Assembly (NCBI GenBank): GCA_951406725.2
Contig: OX597820.1
Span: 127,844,001 to 127,908,000, forward strand
Origin: Octopus vulgaris
Taxonomy: Eukaryota
Direction: 5' to 3'
Length of the DNA: 64,000 bases
The translations under genes were made by a program, and so were the position numbers. The notes below the pieces were generated by a model, which had not been told where the DNA came from, did not search any database, and saw only the letters and a program-made list of their open reading frames with translations. How positions within the stretch are numbered: position 1 is the first letter of the stretch; every line of letters begins with the position of its first letter. This document shows positions 40,951 to 55,629 of this stretch, piece after piece.

Positions 40951-41024
40951 ATTCGACTGAAGAAGACCAATTGGATTCGCTCCTACGCACACGATCCGAA
41001 AAGTTAGAAACTGCGGTATTAAAT
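40951..41024 (+). ncRNA. degenerate hammerhead motif
   Basis: attcga-CTGAAGA-..ggattcg..cgatcc..-GAAA-ctgcgGTA-ttaaat. Confidence 0.5.
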
Positions 41025-41603
41025 TATCCTTCATTCCTCTAACGGTCTCTGTAGAGGTAAGATAGAATTTTCTTATATTCACCGCCCGCAAATATCTCTG
41101 CCTGTAAACATATATTGAAGCTCTATATAGCGCCGAAAACTTACCGGCTGCTATTTCTAGCAATGATCGTTCTTCGTGTACATTCGCTTTATATTTGTAC
41201 ACACACACACACACACACACGCATACACACACACGCATACACACACACACACAGACACTCACGCACACACACGCACACATCTGCACACACACATACATAC
41301 ATATATGCATACATACATACATATGTATATATACAATATATATCTATCTATATTTCTATAGATAAAGATATAAATATAGTCATAGATATAAATATGTGTA
41401 TGCGTGAGTTTCTTTGTGTGTGTGCGTGCGCGTGTTTGTGTGTGTGCGCGCGCATATGTATTTGCATATGTAAGTACGTTTGTAGATGTATATACATTTT
41501 ATTTATGTACTAATGTGGTAATAAGTGAAGGTTCTACCCAGATGGCTGGATGCTTTTCCTTTTGGCGTGAATTATTGCATATTGCAATAATAATAATAAT
41601 ATT

Positions 41604-41880
41604 CTACTGCTTTTTAGCCCAAGAAAGCAGCAACGCATCCTGTCGGCCTTGACACATTTCCTCTGCCCTTATGCTTGCAAGGGGGAGATAAGCACGTCCA
41701 CCCAGCTAAGCTTGTACCCAGAGACTAGTCATCATGACGAGCAAAGACCCAGAAACTAGTCTCTGGATTCAGGCTTAGCTGGGTAGAGGTGCTTATCCCC
41801 CCCTTGCAAACATAAGGACACAGGAAATGTGTCAAAGCCAACAGGAAGCGTTGATGCTTCCTAGGGTTAAATAGCGGTGG
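41604..41880. repeat. diverged long hairpin, 126-bp arms with a 25-bp loop
   Basis: 41604-41729 versus 41755-41880; loop reads tgacgag..gaaactagtc. Confidence 0.85.
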
Positions 41881-42261
41881 TGTGATTCCCTTCATGGGAC
41901 TGTCACATTAAGTTGACAGTATACAACTACTCTATCGGACCACTACTGCATAAATCTCTCTGAGATATTTAGAAATATGTTATTTCTATTTTAATAATAT
42001 TCTATTATATTTTTTAATTGCATTATGTCATTTTCTGCTATCATCATTCATTCGGACATTAACTTTTAATTAAAGCAGCTTCTTCTCCTTTTTTCTGTCT
42101 GTCCTTGTTCGTTTCCATCTTTGTACGGCCTTTGTGGCCAATTTAATGAAATATAAAACTCTTGCTTCCTAGGCACGTAGATTTGGTTGACGGAAACTGA
42201 AAGAATCACGTCATATATATTGTATACATGTATGTATGTGTATGTGTATGTGTGTATGTAT

Positions 42262-44520
42262 GTCATTATTCAGTTTTATTTCACGATTTCTTGCCAATAA
42301 AGAGCCAGTTTCTAACCTAAATCCAGGTTATTGCAATTTCAACACCATCACCAGGGCATTTTTCATGTAATATATATGTGCAGTATTTGAAGTCATTGCA
42401 TGTTTTCTTTTATGTATTCTCATGCATATTGTTGCATATGTAGTCATGCGCAAATATACTTAAATAATAATTTTCTGGAAAGTTTTACAGATCTTTACAG
42501 TTTCGATGATGAATTGGACTTGTAGCCTTCGAATCAGCTTTCTCCTTTCTGATTTTGAGAAGCCAAATTTCTCAAGATAACTACTTAAGCAGTGTATGAT
42601 ATATTCCAGAGCCCCAGTAATTACAGGTATAAACCTTAACTTGTAATGTGGGTAGAGTAACTGTAAATTTCTAAATAGTTCAGCGTATGTGTTTTCTTTT
42701 TCGTGATGTTCTGCTCCACGTTAACATCCGCTGATTTCCACAAGTCTACACACTTTCTCTTCTCTATCCCAAATTACAAAGTCAGAGGTATTATGTTTAC
42801 ATTTCATTGAGGTTTTCAATGGGACATTACACCAGTACTCCTTGTTATTATGAGAGGGCTATGGTTTCTACTATTCTGTGGGTTCTTATTTCTTTGGCTT
42901 CAGGGTTATCCTTCCGTCGGATCTCATTATGCAGTGTCTTAGATACAACACCACGTCTCATTTGTAGATGTACTATAATGACATTTTCGGACAACTGCTT
43001 ATGATGTTGATGATGTCTTTGGCGTTAACTCCACAAAGTCTGCATCTGTTATCCCATTCTGCTGTTTTTCCTGCGTCTCTGTCCCTTTTGTGCAGATATT
43101 TGGTTGATATTTCATGTTCCTGGATTGCAAACGCATACCCTTCGAAATGAGAGTAAGTAATCAGATTGTTGATGTATGTTAGACTGTTTTGATGATCAAT
43201 GTTACTATCAACCAGGAACTCTCTTTTAACATCCAAGCATGATCTTCTGCTGATATAGATGATATACGCTCATCCTTTCATCTGATGATACGTTGCGGTA
43301 AAGTCGTGCGACCTTTTACGGATATGTTTAAGGTTATCAGACAAGGAATACTGCTCAAAGCGCTGCTTTCGAAGTCTCATGATGTTATTAGCCACATGTA
43401 TGCAAACTTGGTCAAGGGATGCACTTCAACACTTGGTGGTTAAAATATGTCGCCAAACGGATGTAATACGACATTCAAAGCTCAGTTTGGATCGATGTTT
43501 AGCTTCTACGCTCTTGTTTTCGTTTTAGGTAGAGGCGGTCTACGTCGCTGTTGATGTGGAAATTATATATGCTGGTTAATATTTTCCAGGTTTTCACATC
43601 AATGGTTCAAGTCTCATCAATCGTCCACTCAAGTAGCTCAAATGCTGGTATGAGTACTGGCACAGCAAACAGATTATGAGCTAGTTTTATTGAATGTAGA
43701 GAGTTCTGAGGTCCATATTTTCTTTATTCAGCTGTAATATTCTTTAGTAATACATTTCTTAATACCGGTACCATCTTACGATGGTACCGGTTTTCTTCCA
43801 CTCCTAAGCACTTGTAATATTCCTCATCAGATAGAGGGGAAACATTTAAGTTATGCTGTGAGTCAGGTTTACAGATTTCCCTCTTTTTACAACCATATAG
43901 CAACATGTATCCCGACCAAACTCCATCCTTATATCCTTTGAGGCTGTTGCAACCAGATCAAGGCTCTTTTTCATCTGATGCATATTCTTGGCATATAGTT
44001 TCAAATTATCTACAATGGAACAATATGTAATTTCTGTTTCCTTGCGAACCCTTCAGACTTTCTTAACAGGAATGACAATGGGTTTCCAGAAAGTATAAAC
44101 AGCATCACAGAGTGGCTGTCCCCTTGCAAAATACCTCTGCGATGCTGTATTTTATTAGTGATAATGCAATCACTTCAAGATGGTGGCCCACGAAGAAGTC
44201 AGGTCAGCTATGGCTTTAATTATGTTCACTGGAACTTTAGCAAGTCGAAGGGTTTCTAGCATCCACGATTGGGGGCTTTCTTATAGTCTAGCCACATTGA
44301 AATTAGGTTTCTCTAATACTCCCGTACCGCTGACAATATAGTTTTGTTTATTGACAATTGCTCGACACATTCCTAAACTCTCTTCTTCCCGGCTTCTTGT
44401 TCTGCTGTGATGATGTTATTATTTCCATTGGAGTTTTAAATATGCTGTATATATTTTGTACATTAAATTCTGACACGCTACTGGTCAGTAGTTTTAGCTA
44501 TGTGCTTTGGTTCTAGTGAT
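42262..44520 (-). mobile_element. R2-superfamily (R4-like) RT-REL element, degraded
   Basis: RGILQGDSHSVMLFIL, IVDNLKLYA, YKCLG, FEGYAFAIQEHEI, CRLCG..DIINIISSCP and NLQLLYP..RFIPVITGA. Confidence 0.85.
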
Positions 44521-45564
44521 CTGATGAGCTAGATTTCTTTTTTCTGTACTAATGTGTTAATATACAATTGTATTGCATAATACAATATTGCAATGCTGCT
44601 ATTCTTGTTCTTTAACCCTAGGTCAATTCTCATTGACCAATCAATACCATCTTCTGATTTTAGTGGTAGGTAACTCTACATCATCATAGCTAATGTGCCC
44701 TTTCCTTACTTAAGACAAGAAAATATTATATGCATGAGATTTGGTTGTTATTTCTAGCAGGCTCACCAACCACTTAAAGTGTGTCCCGTTGTCTATTGTT
44801 ATTATTACTGTCGTACGTGATGAAAGTGATATTGTTGTGCTTTGGATGTTAGTGGTATTAATGATGGAAGTGTTCATTTGGATGGCATTAGAGACGTTAT
44901 TGCTACTTTATGGTGGAAATGAATGCTACGGTTAATGTCGTGGCTGGAAATTGATATTAATGTTGTATTTGCCGCTGCTGCAGCCGCTGGTGGTGGTGGT
45001 GCGTAGCTTTTGTAATGCGTGGTGTTGGTGGTACTACAAACTTTTAAGGTGAATTCTGTTTCCGTTAATGCTGTGTGGGTGTGATGCTGGCGTTGATGGA
45101 GGTTTTGGGGAAAATATTGTAGCATGACGATAGGAAAAGGAAGAAACAAATATTGAATAAATGAGACCGAGAGAGACAAACACACAGAGAGAGAGAGAGA
45201 GAGAGAGAAAGGGAAGGAGAGAAGAAAGAAAAAGCAAACAGGACAGAGAAAAAGCACGTGATAGGCAGAGAGAGTGAGAAAAAAGGTGAATGAGAGAGAG
45301 TAGAAGACGCGAGAAAAAGAAAATTTAATAATAAAAATGGTAAAATCTATACTTTCAATGTTTCGGGTTTTGAGGTAAATATAAAAACCTCAATGAAGGT
45401 AAGGTGGAAGGGCAAGACGTAAAAGAAGGAGGAGATCGATGGGTGGATGGGTGGATCGATGGCTAGTTGGATTAGTAAGTAGGTACTTAAATAGATAAGT
45501 AGTGAAATATTCTAAGTAGGTATAAAAGCATATTTTGTACATGATGCAAGTATATATGCTTGTG

Positions 45565-45602
<38 letters not shown>

Positions 45603-45619
45603 TCTATGAATATACACAT

Positions 45620-45653
<34 letters not shown>

Positions 45654-45666
45654 TATGTATGAATAT

Positions 45667-45781
<115 letters not shown>

Positions 45782-46249
45782 TGTGTATGTATGCGTGTGC
45801 GTGTTGTGCATGGATTGTGGATGTGATACAGTAAATGTGTGTGTCTGCGTGCAACGGAAAATAGGTCGAGAGAAAACAATGAAGAAGAAAAAGTTGCATT
45901 AATAAACGTAATAAACAAATGTATAAATGTATTGTTCTGTGGTTATAATAATTACATTATGATTTATGTATGAAAGATTGCAAGAGTTGAGCTTAAAGGG
46001 GTCGATGTAAATTATGAAACTATACAAGCATGTAAATTGTATTAGAACGAACAGGTAATGTTCGACAGGAAAAATGGCTGCCGATTTGCACAAACTCAGC
46101 GCTTTGCGCGAGGCGTAAAGCTCTGATTTAAAGCTATTTATTCAGTCAACGCTCCAACAAGTCTCTGGTCATCGCTGCATCGCTGATCGTCATCGATTTA
46201 AATGATTATTTTAAATATATTTTGACTTGATTCCTTTCTTTTTGGTTTA

Positions 46250-46402
<153 letters not shown>

Positions 46403-46989
46403 ATTAGTATTTTATAATTTGTATTTTTTTAAGTAGTATTATCGATAAAATTCATTTTCACTCCGTTGTTTTTCAATTTATGATGAATTTTTTCCTAACC
46501 TGTTTTCCAGTTTTCTTTCGTTCTCTCTTTGGATATTTTTTTTCCGTATCTTATTTTTATGAAACTTTTGTACTTCTTTGTTCTTTTTCGTTAGCATTTT
46601 GCCCTTTTTTGTTTTGTTTTGTTGTTTCTACTTATTTTACGGCTTATTTGTATGTGCGTATGCATGTATGTAAATATTCATGGCTTCATACGCCTAAAAA
46701 TGAATATGCTGATACATGAAATAAGCGTATATAAATAGAAACTACACTCACAAAATGCATACATATATATATTTATGCATTAGTCCAGAGGAACATTCAC
46801 ACGCACAACAACGCATATATATATATATATATATATCGAAAAAAAGCTACCTTTAGAAGCAGATGTATATATGCACACATGATGCTCGCTTATGTATATG
46901 GATATGTAGATTAAGATAAAACAATATCCAAGGAAACTGGTGGTGGTATGTCTTGGCAACATTTGTAATCTATGGATAAAGTATAGGGG

Positions 46990-47135
46990 GAGAATTCACG
47001 AAAAAAACAAAAGACGAAGACGGCTGGTGTAGAAAACAAACAGATGTATTAGTATAACGCTCGGGAATTGAAAAAGTCTTTTACGTTTCAAGCCTACGCT
47101 CTTCCACAGAAAGGAACACAGAAAGAAACAAGGAC
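46990..47135 (-). repeat. PLE-type terminal repeat with a hammerhead-like motif at 47078-47113
   Basis: minus strand cttt-CTGTGGA-agagc gtag gctt-GAAA-cGTA-aaag. Confidence 0.6.
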
Positions 47136-48554
47136 ATTTTACCCTCCGTCTGCACCTCTCCTACCTATGGATTACTCTGGACTCTACTTTTGATGGATAA
47201 AGTATACATGCTTAAATATGTGCATCATGGGAAAAAATAACTTCTAACTTTTCGGAGAATCTTCTTTAATCAGGGAATGAAAATCTCTCTCTCATCGCTC
47301 GTAGTCAATGTGATAGCAGACACAGTGTAAAATGATAAGAAATGGCCGAGAATTTGTTGATTTACATAAATGGAGAGGAAGTGGTTAGAATGAGAATTTT
47401 TATAAGACTGAATTTGCATATTGAGAAATAATAAAAGCATTAGGAAATGGGCTTTAGAATGATAAATCGGCTTTAAGGTAGAAAGGGTGTGATATGTTGG
47501 TCGGATCAGTGAACGTGGAAATGTGTTGTTTATGGCATCATTCACATTAGTGTTTTTTACGTACATACACATACGAACGGTCAGAATCAGATCACTGGCT
47601 AAAACCTTCACGTTTACAAAAATTCTTTGGGAACAATTGAAACTTTGTACGAGTCCATACCACGTACAATTCAAGCTGTAATTACTACCAAAGGCTGTCC
47701 TACCCCATATTAAAATAGATTTGTTTTAAATTTTAAAGTGTTTCAATTATTTTGTCCAACCCCTGTGTATGTATATTTATACACCATAGTGTTTCGGGTT
47801 CTCATATTCTCTCACAAAACATTGCTTGACTCGGGTATGAAGTAGAAAGTACTTGTGTAGGGACTGAAACCCCTTACTATCTAGTTGCAGAGCGGAATCC
47901 TGCGCCTATTTTATGTAACATCTAATAATAGAAGAACGTGATATAAACAAAATAAATAAATAAATAAATGATAAGAATTACTAATAATTTAGTTAAACGA
48001 AGATTATGTTGATCTCAACGGACCCAAACTAGTGTCAAAAAACAAGAATTTAGCAAAGTAAAGTAACTCACCAATACAAGAAGAAGTGATTTTGGAGCAA
48101 GCACATTAGGAACCTGGAAGAAAAAATACGATTCTGAACATAAATAAATAAATAAATAAATAATTTTAAAAAAATTAATCTCTTGAAAGAAGTTGTTCAC
48201 AATCTGAAATCTAAAACCTCACCGTTTTCATATTAACTTTAGCTTTTACGTGTTTCTTTCTTGCCTGCATTTTCGGTAATTTTTTTAAATAATTAAAATG
48301 TTTTAAATAAATATATTTTATTTATAATTATTTTTACCATATATATTAATTTTCCACACAAACACGCATACGTATATATATATATATATATATATGTGTA
48401 TATGTATGTACATATATACACACATATGTGTGTGAATGTGCATAAATATATACATACATATATATATATAAAATGTATATATGTATATATATATGTATGT
48501 ATATATGTATATATATATATATATATACACATATACTTATACATATATATACAC

Positions 48555-48615
<61 letters not shown>

Positions 48616-48954
48616 CATATACACACACAAACACACACACATATACATATATATACATATATGTCTATACATATATATTAAGTTTTATTTAGATAACTAT
48701 CTATATTCTTCGTGTATCGTCATTTTATGTACATTTCTTTGTGTTGATGCGTTCAGTAATCTAAAGGAAAGAAGCTAAAAAACGAAAAAAGGAATATTTT
48801 ATTAAAGTATGGATTTTCTCTTAATACTTCCACTGTTTCATTTTCGTTTTGATACTTCATTTCAATTTTTGTTGTATAACATCATAACATCATAAGATCA
48901 GTTTCAAATTTTAGCCCAGGATTTCAGCGAGTATTTTATTTATTTATTTTTTGT

Positions 48955-49229
48955 TTATGCGCCCTTTTCAAGCCTAGCCAGGTTCATGGGTCTGGTTTCC
49001 CTGTTTCTATGGCGCGTGTGTTCCCCCCAGCTGGACCGGACGCTAGTCCATCGCAGCGTTACCCAAGAAACAGGAAGAGAGCGTGAGAGAAACAGGGGTC
49101 ACCACCACCCTCGTGCAGCTTTAGGTGTTTCTGCTCAATAAACACACACAACGCCCGGTCTGGGAATCGAAACCGTGATCCTCCGACCGCGAGTCCGCTA
49201 CCCTAACCACTAGACCATTGCTCTTCCAC
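48955..49229 (-). mobile_element. SINE family C
   Basis: homologous to 6124-6429. Confidence 0.85.
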
Positions 49230-49412
49230 GATTTCAGTGAGTGGAGTAGTCGATTTCATCGACTCCAGTGTTGAACTGGTACCTATTTTCTCCACCACGG
49301 AACAATAAAAGGCAATGTCGATCTCCACGAAATATGAACTCAGAATGTAAAGACGGACGAAATGCTGCTATGCATTTTATCCGGTGTGCTAACGATTCTG
49401 CCAGCTCGCTGT
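49230..49412 (-). mobile_element. SINE family B
   Basis: homology to 7029-7420. Confidence 0.75.
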
Positions 49413-49924
49413 CTTACCTTGAATCATACTATCAACATTAAGAAAAGTTTCTGTTTCTTTAACATCAGCCCAATACAGTGCGGGGATGTATACATATGTG
49501 CGTTGTGTGTGTGTGTGCGTGCGTGAGTGTTTGTGTGTGTGTTTATGTGTGTGTGCATATATATATGTATATATATATGTATATACACATATGTATGTAT
49601 AGATATGTTGATATATACATATAAATACATACATATACAAAACGACCATTAAAGAATTATCCATTTATGGATAGATAAACACATACGACGCATGTATATG
49701 TATGTGTGTGTATATGTGTATGTGTGTGTGTATATGCGTATGTGTGTATGTTTGTGCGCGTATGTATGTTTGCGTATGTGTGTTTATGTATGCATGCGTG
49801 TGTTTATCTTCTTTGTGTCTGTATGTGTCCGTGTGTATCTTTCCATTTATGTGTGTGATTTTGTGTTTTCAGTGTTTGATAGTGTTTGGGTGTGGGTGTG
49901 TTTGAGCGTATGTGTGCTTGCGTT

Positions 49925-50481
49925 TATTGAGTTCGTGCCGATTTTTAAAGGAAAGAAATAGGTCAATAAATACTTGCCATTATACTTTTAATCAACCAAA
50001 TATGAACCATTTTATTGCACAATGCGTCTCCATCTTTCCTTTAACTTGAAAATACTCTCTTCCCAGAATTGAGGGGGTTTCATGGCAAATAATTCATCAA
50101 GGTAACTTTTTACGTCATCCAAGGAATTGAAATTTCTATCATTAAGACTATTCTGCAGAGACCTGAATAAGTGGAAATCCAAAGGAGCAATATCTGGTGA
50201 ATACGGAGGTGGGGTAACACATCCCAGCCGAGCTGCAGCAGTTTTTGTCTGGTTCCCAAAGCATCAAGTGCCGAAAATGAACTTTCTTATCTTCCATTTT
50301 AAAGTTTTACAGAATTAACACAGATTATAGGAACATAAATCTTCTTCCATGGAAAGATAGCTTAAACTGTGCTCTAAATGGAGGCGTAGTCAAATCCTAT
50401 TTTATGGACTCAACCATGTTTTAAAATAAGTCGAAAGGTAAGCTGCTATAAATCGGCACGAACTTTCCTGACAACCCAATA
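49925..50481 (-). mobile_element. internally deleted mariner of about 550 bp
   Basis: agttcgtgccgattt / aaatcggcacgaactttcctgacaacccaaTA TIRs; MEDKKVHFRHLML joined to WDVLPHPPYSPDIAPLDFHLF. Confidence 0.9.
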
Positions 50482-50744
50482 CTATGTTACATTGAAATAC
50501 GCTTTCATGTAGAATAATATGTACAATATTAAGTCTTCAAAATGTATAATATCCATAAATATTGTAAGTTTATCAATTGCTATATAACTCACCCAAGCTC
50601 CAAATTGGTTAACCGTCGCTGTCACATTCAAGCGAAACCTACAGGTGATGTATTCAGGTGAAAGGGCAAAACATTTGTGATTCCGAAATATCCATCGTAG
50701 ATCAGGAAGTCTTTCCAATACTGGTTTCAAATTTTGAACCTATA

Positions 50745-50918
50745 ACAGCAATTTTCGAAAGATGGTGCAAGTCGATTACATCGACCCCAGCGCTCAACCG
50801 GTGCTTATTTTATCGACTCCCAAACAATGAAAGGCGAAGTCAACCTCGACAGAATTTGAACTCAGAACGTAAGAACGGACGAAATGTCGTTATGCATTTT
50901 GACCGACGTGCTAACTGC
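50745..50918 (-). mobile_element. SINE family B
   Basis: homology to 7029-7420. Confidence 0.8.
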
Positions 50919-51915
50919 CTTATGTGTTTCCTAAATTGTGATGGCTTTAGTGGCTACCTGAAGCTTGCCCTATAGCTAAGTAGGACCTGAAGTTCCTGCG
51001 TGGAGCAGCAAAACAAGCCTGATGTTTATTTCACCTACATGATATCTATCCTTTTATACCTGTAAAGCACACACACTCATTTGAATATATATGTGTAAAT
51101 ACATTATTTATTTATCATCTTTCTACCACCCTACCAACCTATATATGTGTGTGTCTGTATGTATCCATTCTTTTGTTTAGACGTCCATATTTACACATAA
51201 ATTTTTAAAGTTTATGTATAAGTTCACACGAATACACGCTTCAAATTTGCATATACACAGTTGTTATTTGCATGCACTCACTCACATACACACACACACA
51301 TCCAAAAGCCTAGATGCACATGTATTTCTGTACAGTATTGTCTATTTACCAGTCGTAGATCTTCTCAATATTCGGAGAGTCATATTACGTGCTACACGCA
51401 AGCCTGATGAGGGACTGAACAGTTAGGAAACCGCCAACCATATTGCCTAATCATGTATGTGACATGCCAAACGTCTCAAATGTTTCTATTTTACTTCATG
51501 TCAAAATATGTTTGGTAGAAAGTATTTACACGCTAGAAATATCAAAGAATATCTAAAAAATGCTGCAAATTCTATGCTATTGAATCAACAATACGAAATC
51601 CGCTCGTCCAAAAATACAGATTCCAGGGATCTAGCATTTGTCTAAATCAATAATAAATATATCAAATCCTCATATTTCTCTTTCTCTCTCCCCTTCTCAC
51701 TCTCCCCTCCTCTCTCTCTCTCTCTGTTCCTCTCTCTTTGTGTCATTTCTTTCTATGACCTTCTCTCACTGTCTTTCTCTCTTTCTGTCTTTCTTTCTTT
51801 CTTTCTTTCTTTCTCTCTCACTCTCTCTCTGTCTATCTACCAGTCTGTCTGTCAGCCTCTCTCTCTCTCTCTTTTTCTCTATCTCTCTTTCTCTGTCTCT
51901 CTCTGTCTCTCTCTG

Positions 51916-51964
<49 letters not shown>

Positions 51965-52014
51965 AGGAAACTTCTTCATCAATGGAACACGTTTGTAGAT
52001 AATAACCGTACTTA

Positions 52015-52640
52015 ACTACCGCACCCCCCCATCATCACTTTCACACTGCTATCACTAATACAGCTACCACCACCACCACTATCCACTACAGCTACCATCA
52101 CAGCCACCGTCGCCGCCGCCGCCGCTACCACCACCACCGCCACCACCACCACCACCACCACCACCACCACAACTACAACCACCACCATTACCACCATTAC
52201 AACTACCGTCATCACCACTACCACCACCACTACCATCGTTCCTCCACCACCACCAGTATCAACACCACCGCCACACTGCTACAACGAAGACGAAGACCAC
52301 CTCCACCAAACCACCACCACCACCACCACCACCACCACTACCAAATCACCACCAAACCACCACCACCGCCACCACCACCACCACCACCACCAAATCACCA
52401 CCAAACCACCACCACCACTACCACAATTACCACCGACTCCATTACCACATCACCCCCAGCTGCTACAACTATCATCACCAATACTAGTGATCACCACCAC
52501 TAGAGAACCACCACCTACACAGAACCACTTCCACCATAGCACCCCTACTAGTATTACCGTAATCATCACCGCTACCTTTATCGACTCCACTGCTCCTCTT
52601 CCTCACCACCATCACTAACTACACAGTAGTCATCCCCACC
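52015..52640. repeat. (CCA)n-rich low-complexity tract
   Basis: direct inspection. Confidence 0.9.
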
Positions 52641-53169
52641 TCCGACATCATCACCTCTTTCTCCAAGCCAAAACAAGCCAATCTTTCTCCAAGCTAAAAC
52701 TAGTCATCTAAAGAAATCGGTGACACTGCGATTATATCTGGCGATCGATTCGCCAGAATATGTGCTCAATCATTCTTAAGTTATCCTTCTCAAACATTCT
52801 GTTACCATAAATGATTTCATACAATTATAAACATTTCCGGCACTAGCAAAAATATTTCCTTTATCATTTCCTTCAAGTAATTTAAGTCTTTCGTGGTTTC
52901 GGTGCATCTGACATGCTACGTGGAAAATAATGTTCAAATTGAGATTAAAAGTTTCCTGAAATTTGGCAATTATTGGTTTTATTTTTAGTTCCTGAATTTT
53001 GATAAATTGTTTAAGCAGAGCTGAACGTATAATGATTTTATATAAACGAACTAGAATGAAAGGTTTCAGTTTGTATGCAGTGTGTGATTGAATGTAAGCG
53101 GGAGGCGGCATGTGAGTGCATTTGTATGTGCGGGTGAGAGGGAGTACTAGTGCGTGTGTGCGTGCGTGC

Positions 53170-53207
<38 letters not shown>

Positions 53208-53508
53208 ATAGCTACTTTGTAGATGCAAATCTGAGGTGTGTATGTTTGTGAAATTTTATGTAAACTTTAAAAGTATGCATAAACATCTGATTAAGTAAAA
53301 GAACGGGGATGTATACATATGTGAGTTTGTGTGTGTGTGTGTGCGTGTGCGTGTGTGTGTGTGTGCGTGTGCGTGCTTGCGCGTGTGTTTGTGTGTGTGT
53401 GTGCATATATATATGTATATGCACATCTGTTTGTATAGATATGTTGATATGTACATATAAATATATACATATACATATTTATATATTCTACACACACACA
53501 CGCACACG

Positions 53509-53574
<66 letters not shown>

Positions 53575-53793
53575 CATATGTATATAATACAATCTTTTAG
53601 AAAAATTTCTTGATAAAGTCACAACATTTGAAAGATTTTCTTAAATTGAAAATTATTTATTATATAAGAAATCTTTTTTAAAAGTGTAGTTTAACACAGA
53701 TCTGATGGAAGGAAGTGCTTTTCGCTGTTTTCACCTATTCAAACACACGCATTATTTTATATATATTGTATATATGCACACACACACACACAT

Positions 53794-53837
<44 letters not shown>

Positions 53838-55629
53838 GGACATCCGCACGCACGCACCTCGCACGCGCACACAACTGCACCTACACACACATTAGATATA
53901 ATCATTTCTTTTAAAATAATGAGAAAGAATATATTTATGGCCGACAGTTTCGAAATATATATATATACTCTTTTACTCTCTCTTTACTCTTTTTACTCTT
54001 TATGTACAGAAAAAAAACCCAAAAGAAAGTGGAGATTCGTTTAATAAACTATTTAATTACGTCATCTTACACATGTTTCAGTAAAGATAATGGCCGGATT
54101 ATGCAATCTGGGTCATTTCGTTTTCCAGATCTTCAATTCGTCAGACAAAGTAGAGATGGCAAAAGCGATGCATATACGTATCTAGCACAGTGAACGGGCC
54201 TAAGTTAGAAATATTTTACGCCATATTTGATTTGATCATTTCAAATATTTTAAAACACTTCTACGGTGCATCGCATTTCTATAATTCATTTGCATTCATT
54301 TGGAAATAGAAAGCGATCATATTGAACACAATGGTAAAGTAATCAGTTGTGTGAAATATATGATATCGATATATCAATTGATATGAAAGATGAAATATTC
54401 CATTTTAAAATCAATACACGAATCAAATATTCCTTGGAACCCATTTCCATTCTATCAATTGAATTATTAAACAAAGTTTTCTCAGTTACATCTTGAAATA
54501 CAATTCCCTAATGTAATTATAACATTTCATAGCTTCTTTTTCCTTTTCTATTCTTTTTTTTTTTCGCTACAGCTTACAAGTCACAGCTGAACAGGATGAA
54601 AGATCTTTAGATGTTTCACTGTTTTAGCTCGTATGAAGAATGTTATAAGATCAAAGACATGTTAAGAAAGGTTATCTCATGTGGGGACCTTAACAGTCAA
54701 ATCATCTCTTGCATGTGAACTTAATTACGAATCTGTAATTGATGTCTTTGCTAGTTGTGAGGTTGAGAAAGTTCCCTTGTAATTAATATTATGAATATAA
54801 TTTTATTTTTTTGGTTTGCCAAAATAAACTTATTTTTATAATGTTTTGACTTGATCCTAATGTATAATATTTTTACATATTTATTTATTTATTTATTTAT
54901 TGCATATTATTATCTGGAGGACTGGGTTGGCAAGAAAGGAGGAAAAAATCTTAAAATACTGCCAGGCGAAATGGTGGGCAAAGTAGCTGCAGGTGTTGTT
55001 GTCGTCGTTGTTGTTGATGATGATGATGATGCTGCTGCTGCTGATGATAATGATGATGATGATGATAACGACGACAACGATGATGACAATGATGATGAAG
55101 AAGAAGAGAACAAATACAAAAGAAAAACTATTTTTAGAAAGAAAGAAAGAAAGAAAGAAAGAAAAGCGAAAAAAAATGGTGATGAATCGAATGTCAGAAA
55201 TTATAATTGACAAGAGGCATTGACCGACAGAAAGACGGACAAAAAGCTTGTGGGAATCCATTATACTGTTTCTTTAGTGTTGTTCTAAATACAGCGTTCA
55301 TTAACATGTAGCTTAAGCCATAGTATATAGAATGGTGAAATCACCACTACTAACAAACTCTGCTTCTGCCACCATGCGCCATAACATTCACACCATCTCC
55401 AACACCACTGCCCTCGCTGCAGCTACTACTACCACCACCATTCCACCTCCTCTGCCAATGTCACTACTACCAGAACGACGACCCCGACCACGATGACTAC
55501 CACCACTACAACCAACACCACCTCCACTACAATAACCACTTCTATATCATATAATCATGCATATACATAATCACACACACACATACACATATGTGCATGT
55601 ATGTATATATATGTATATGCATACATATA

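Noticed and set aside
51400-51490. hammerhead (CTGATGA-gggac...gtctc-aaa)
   Set aside because: GAAA and helix III/cleavage triplet are eroded; at most a relic
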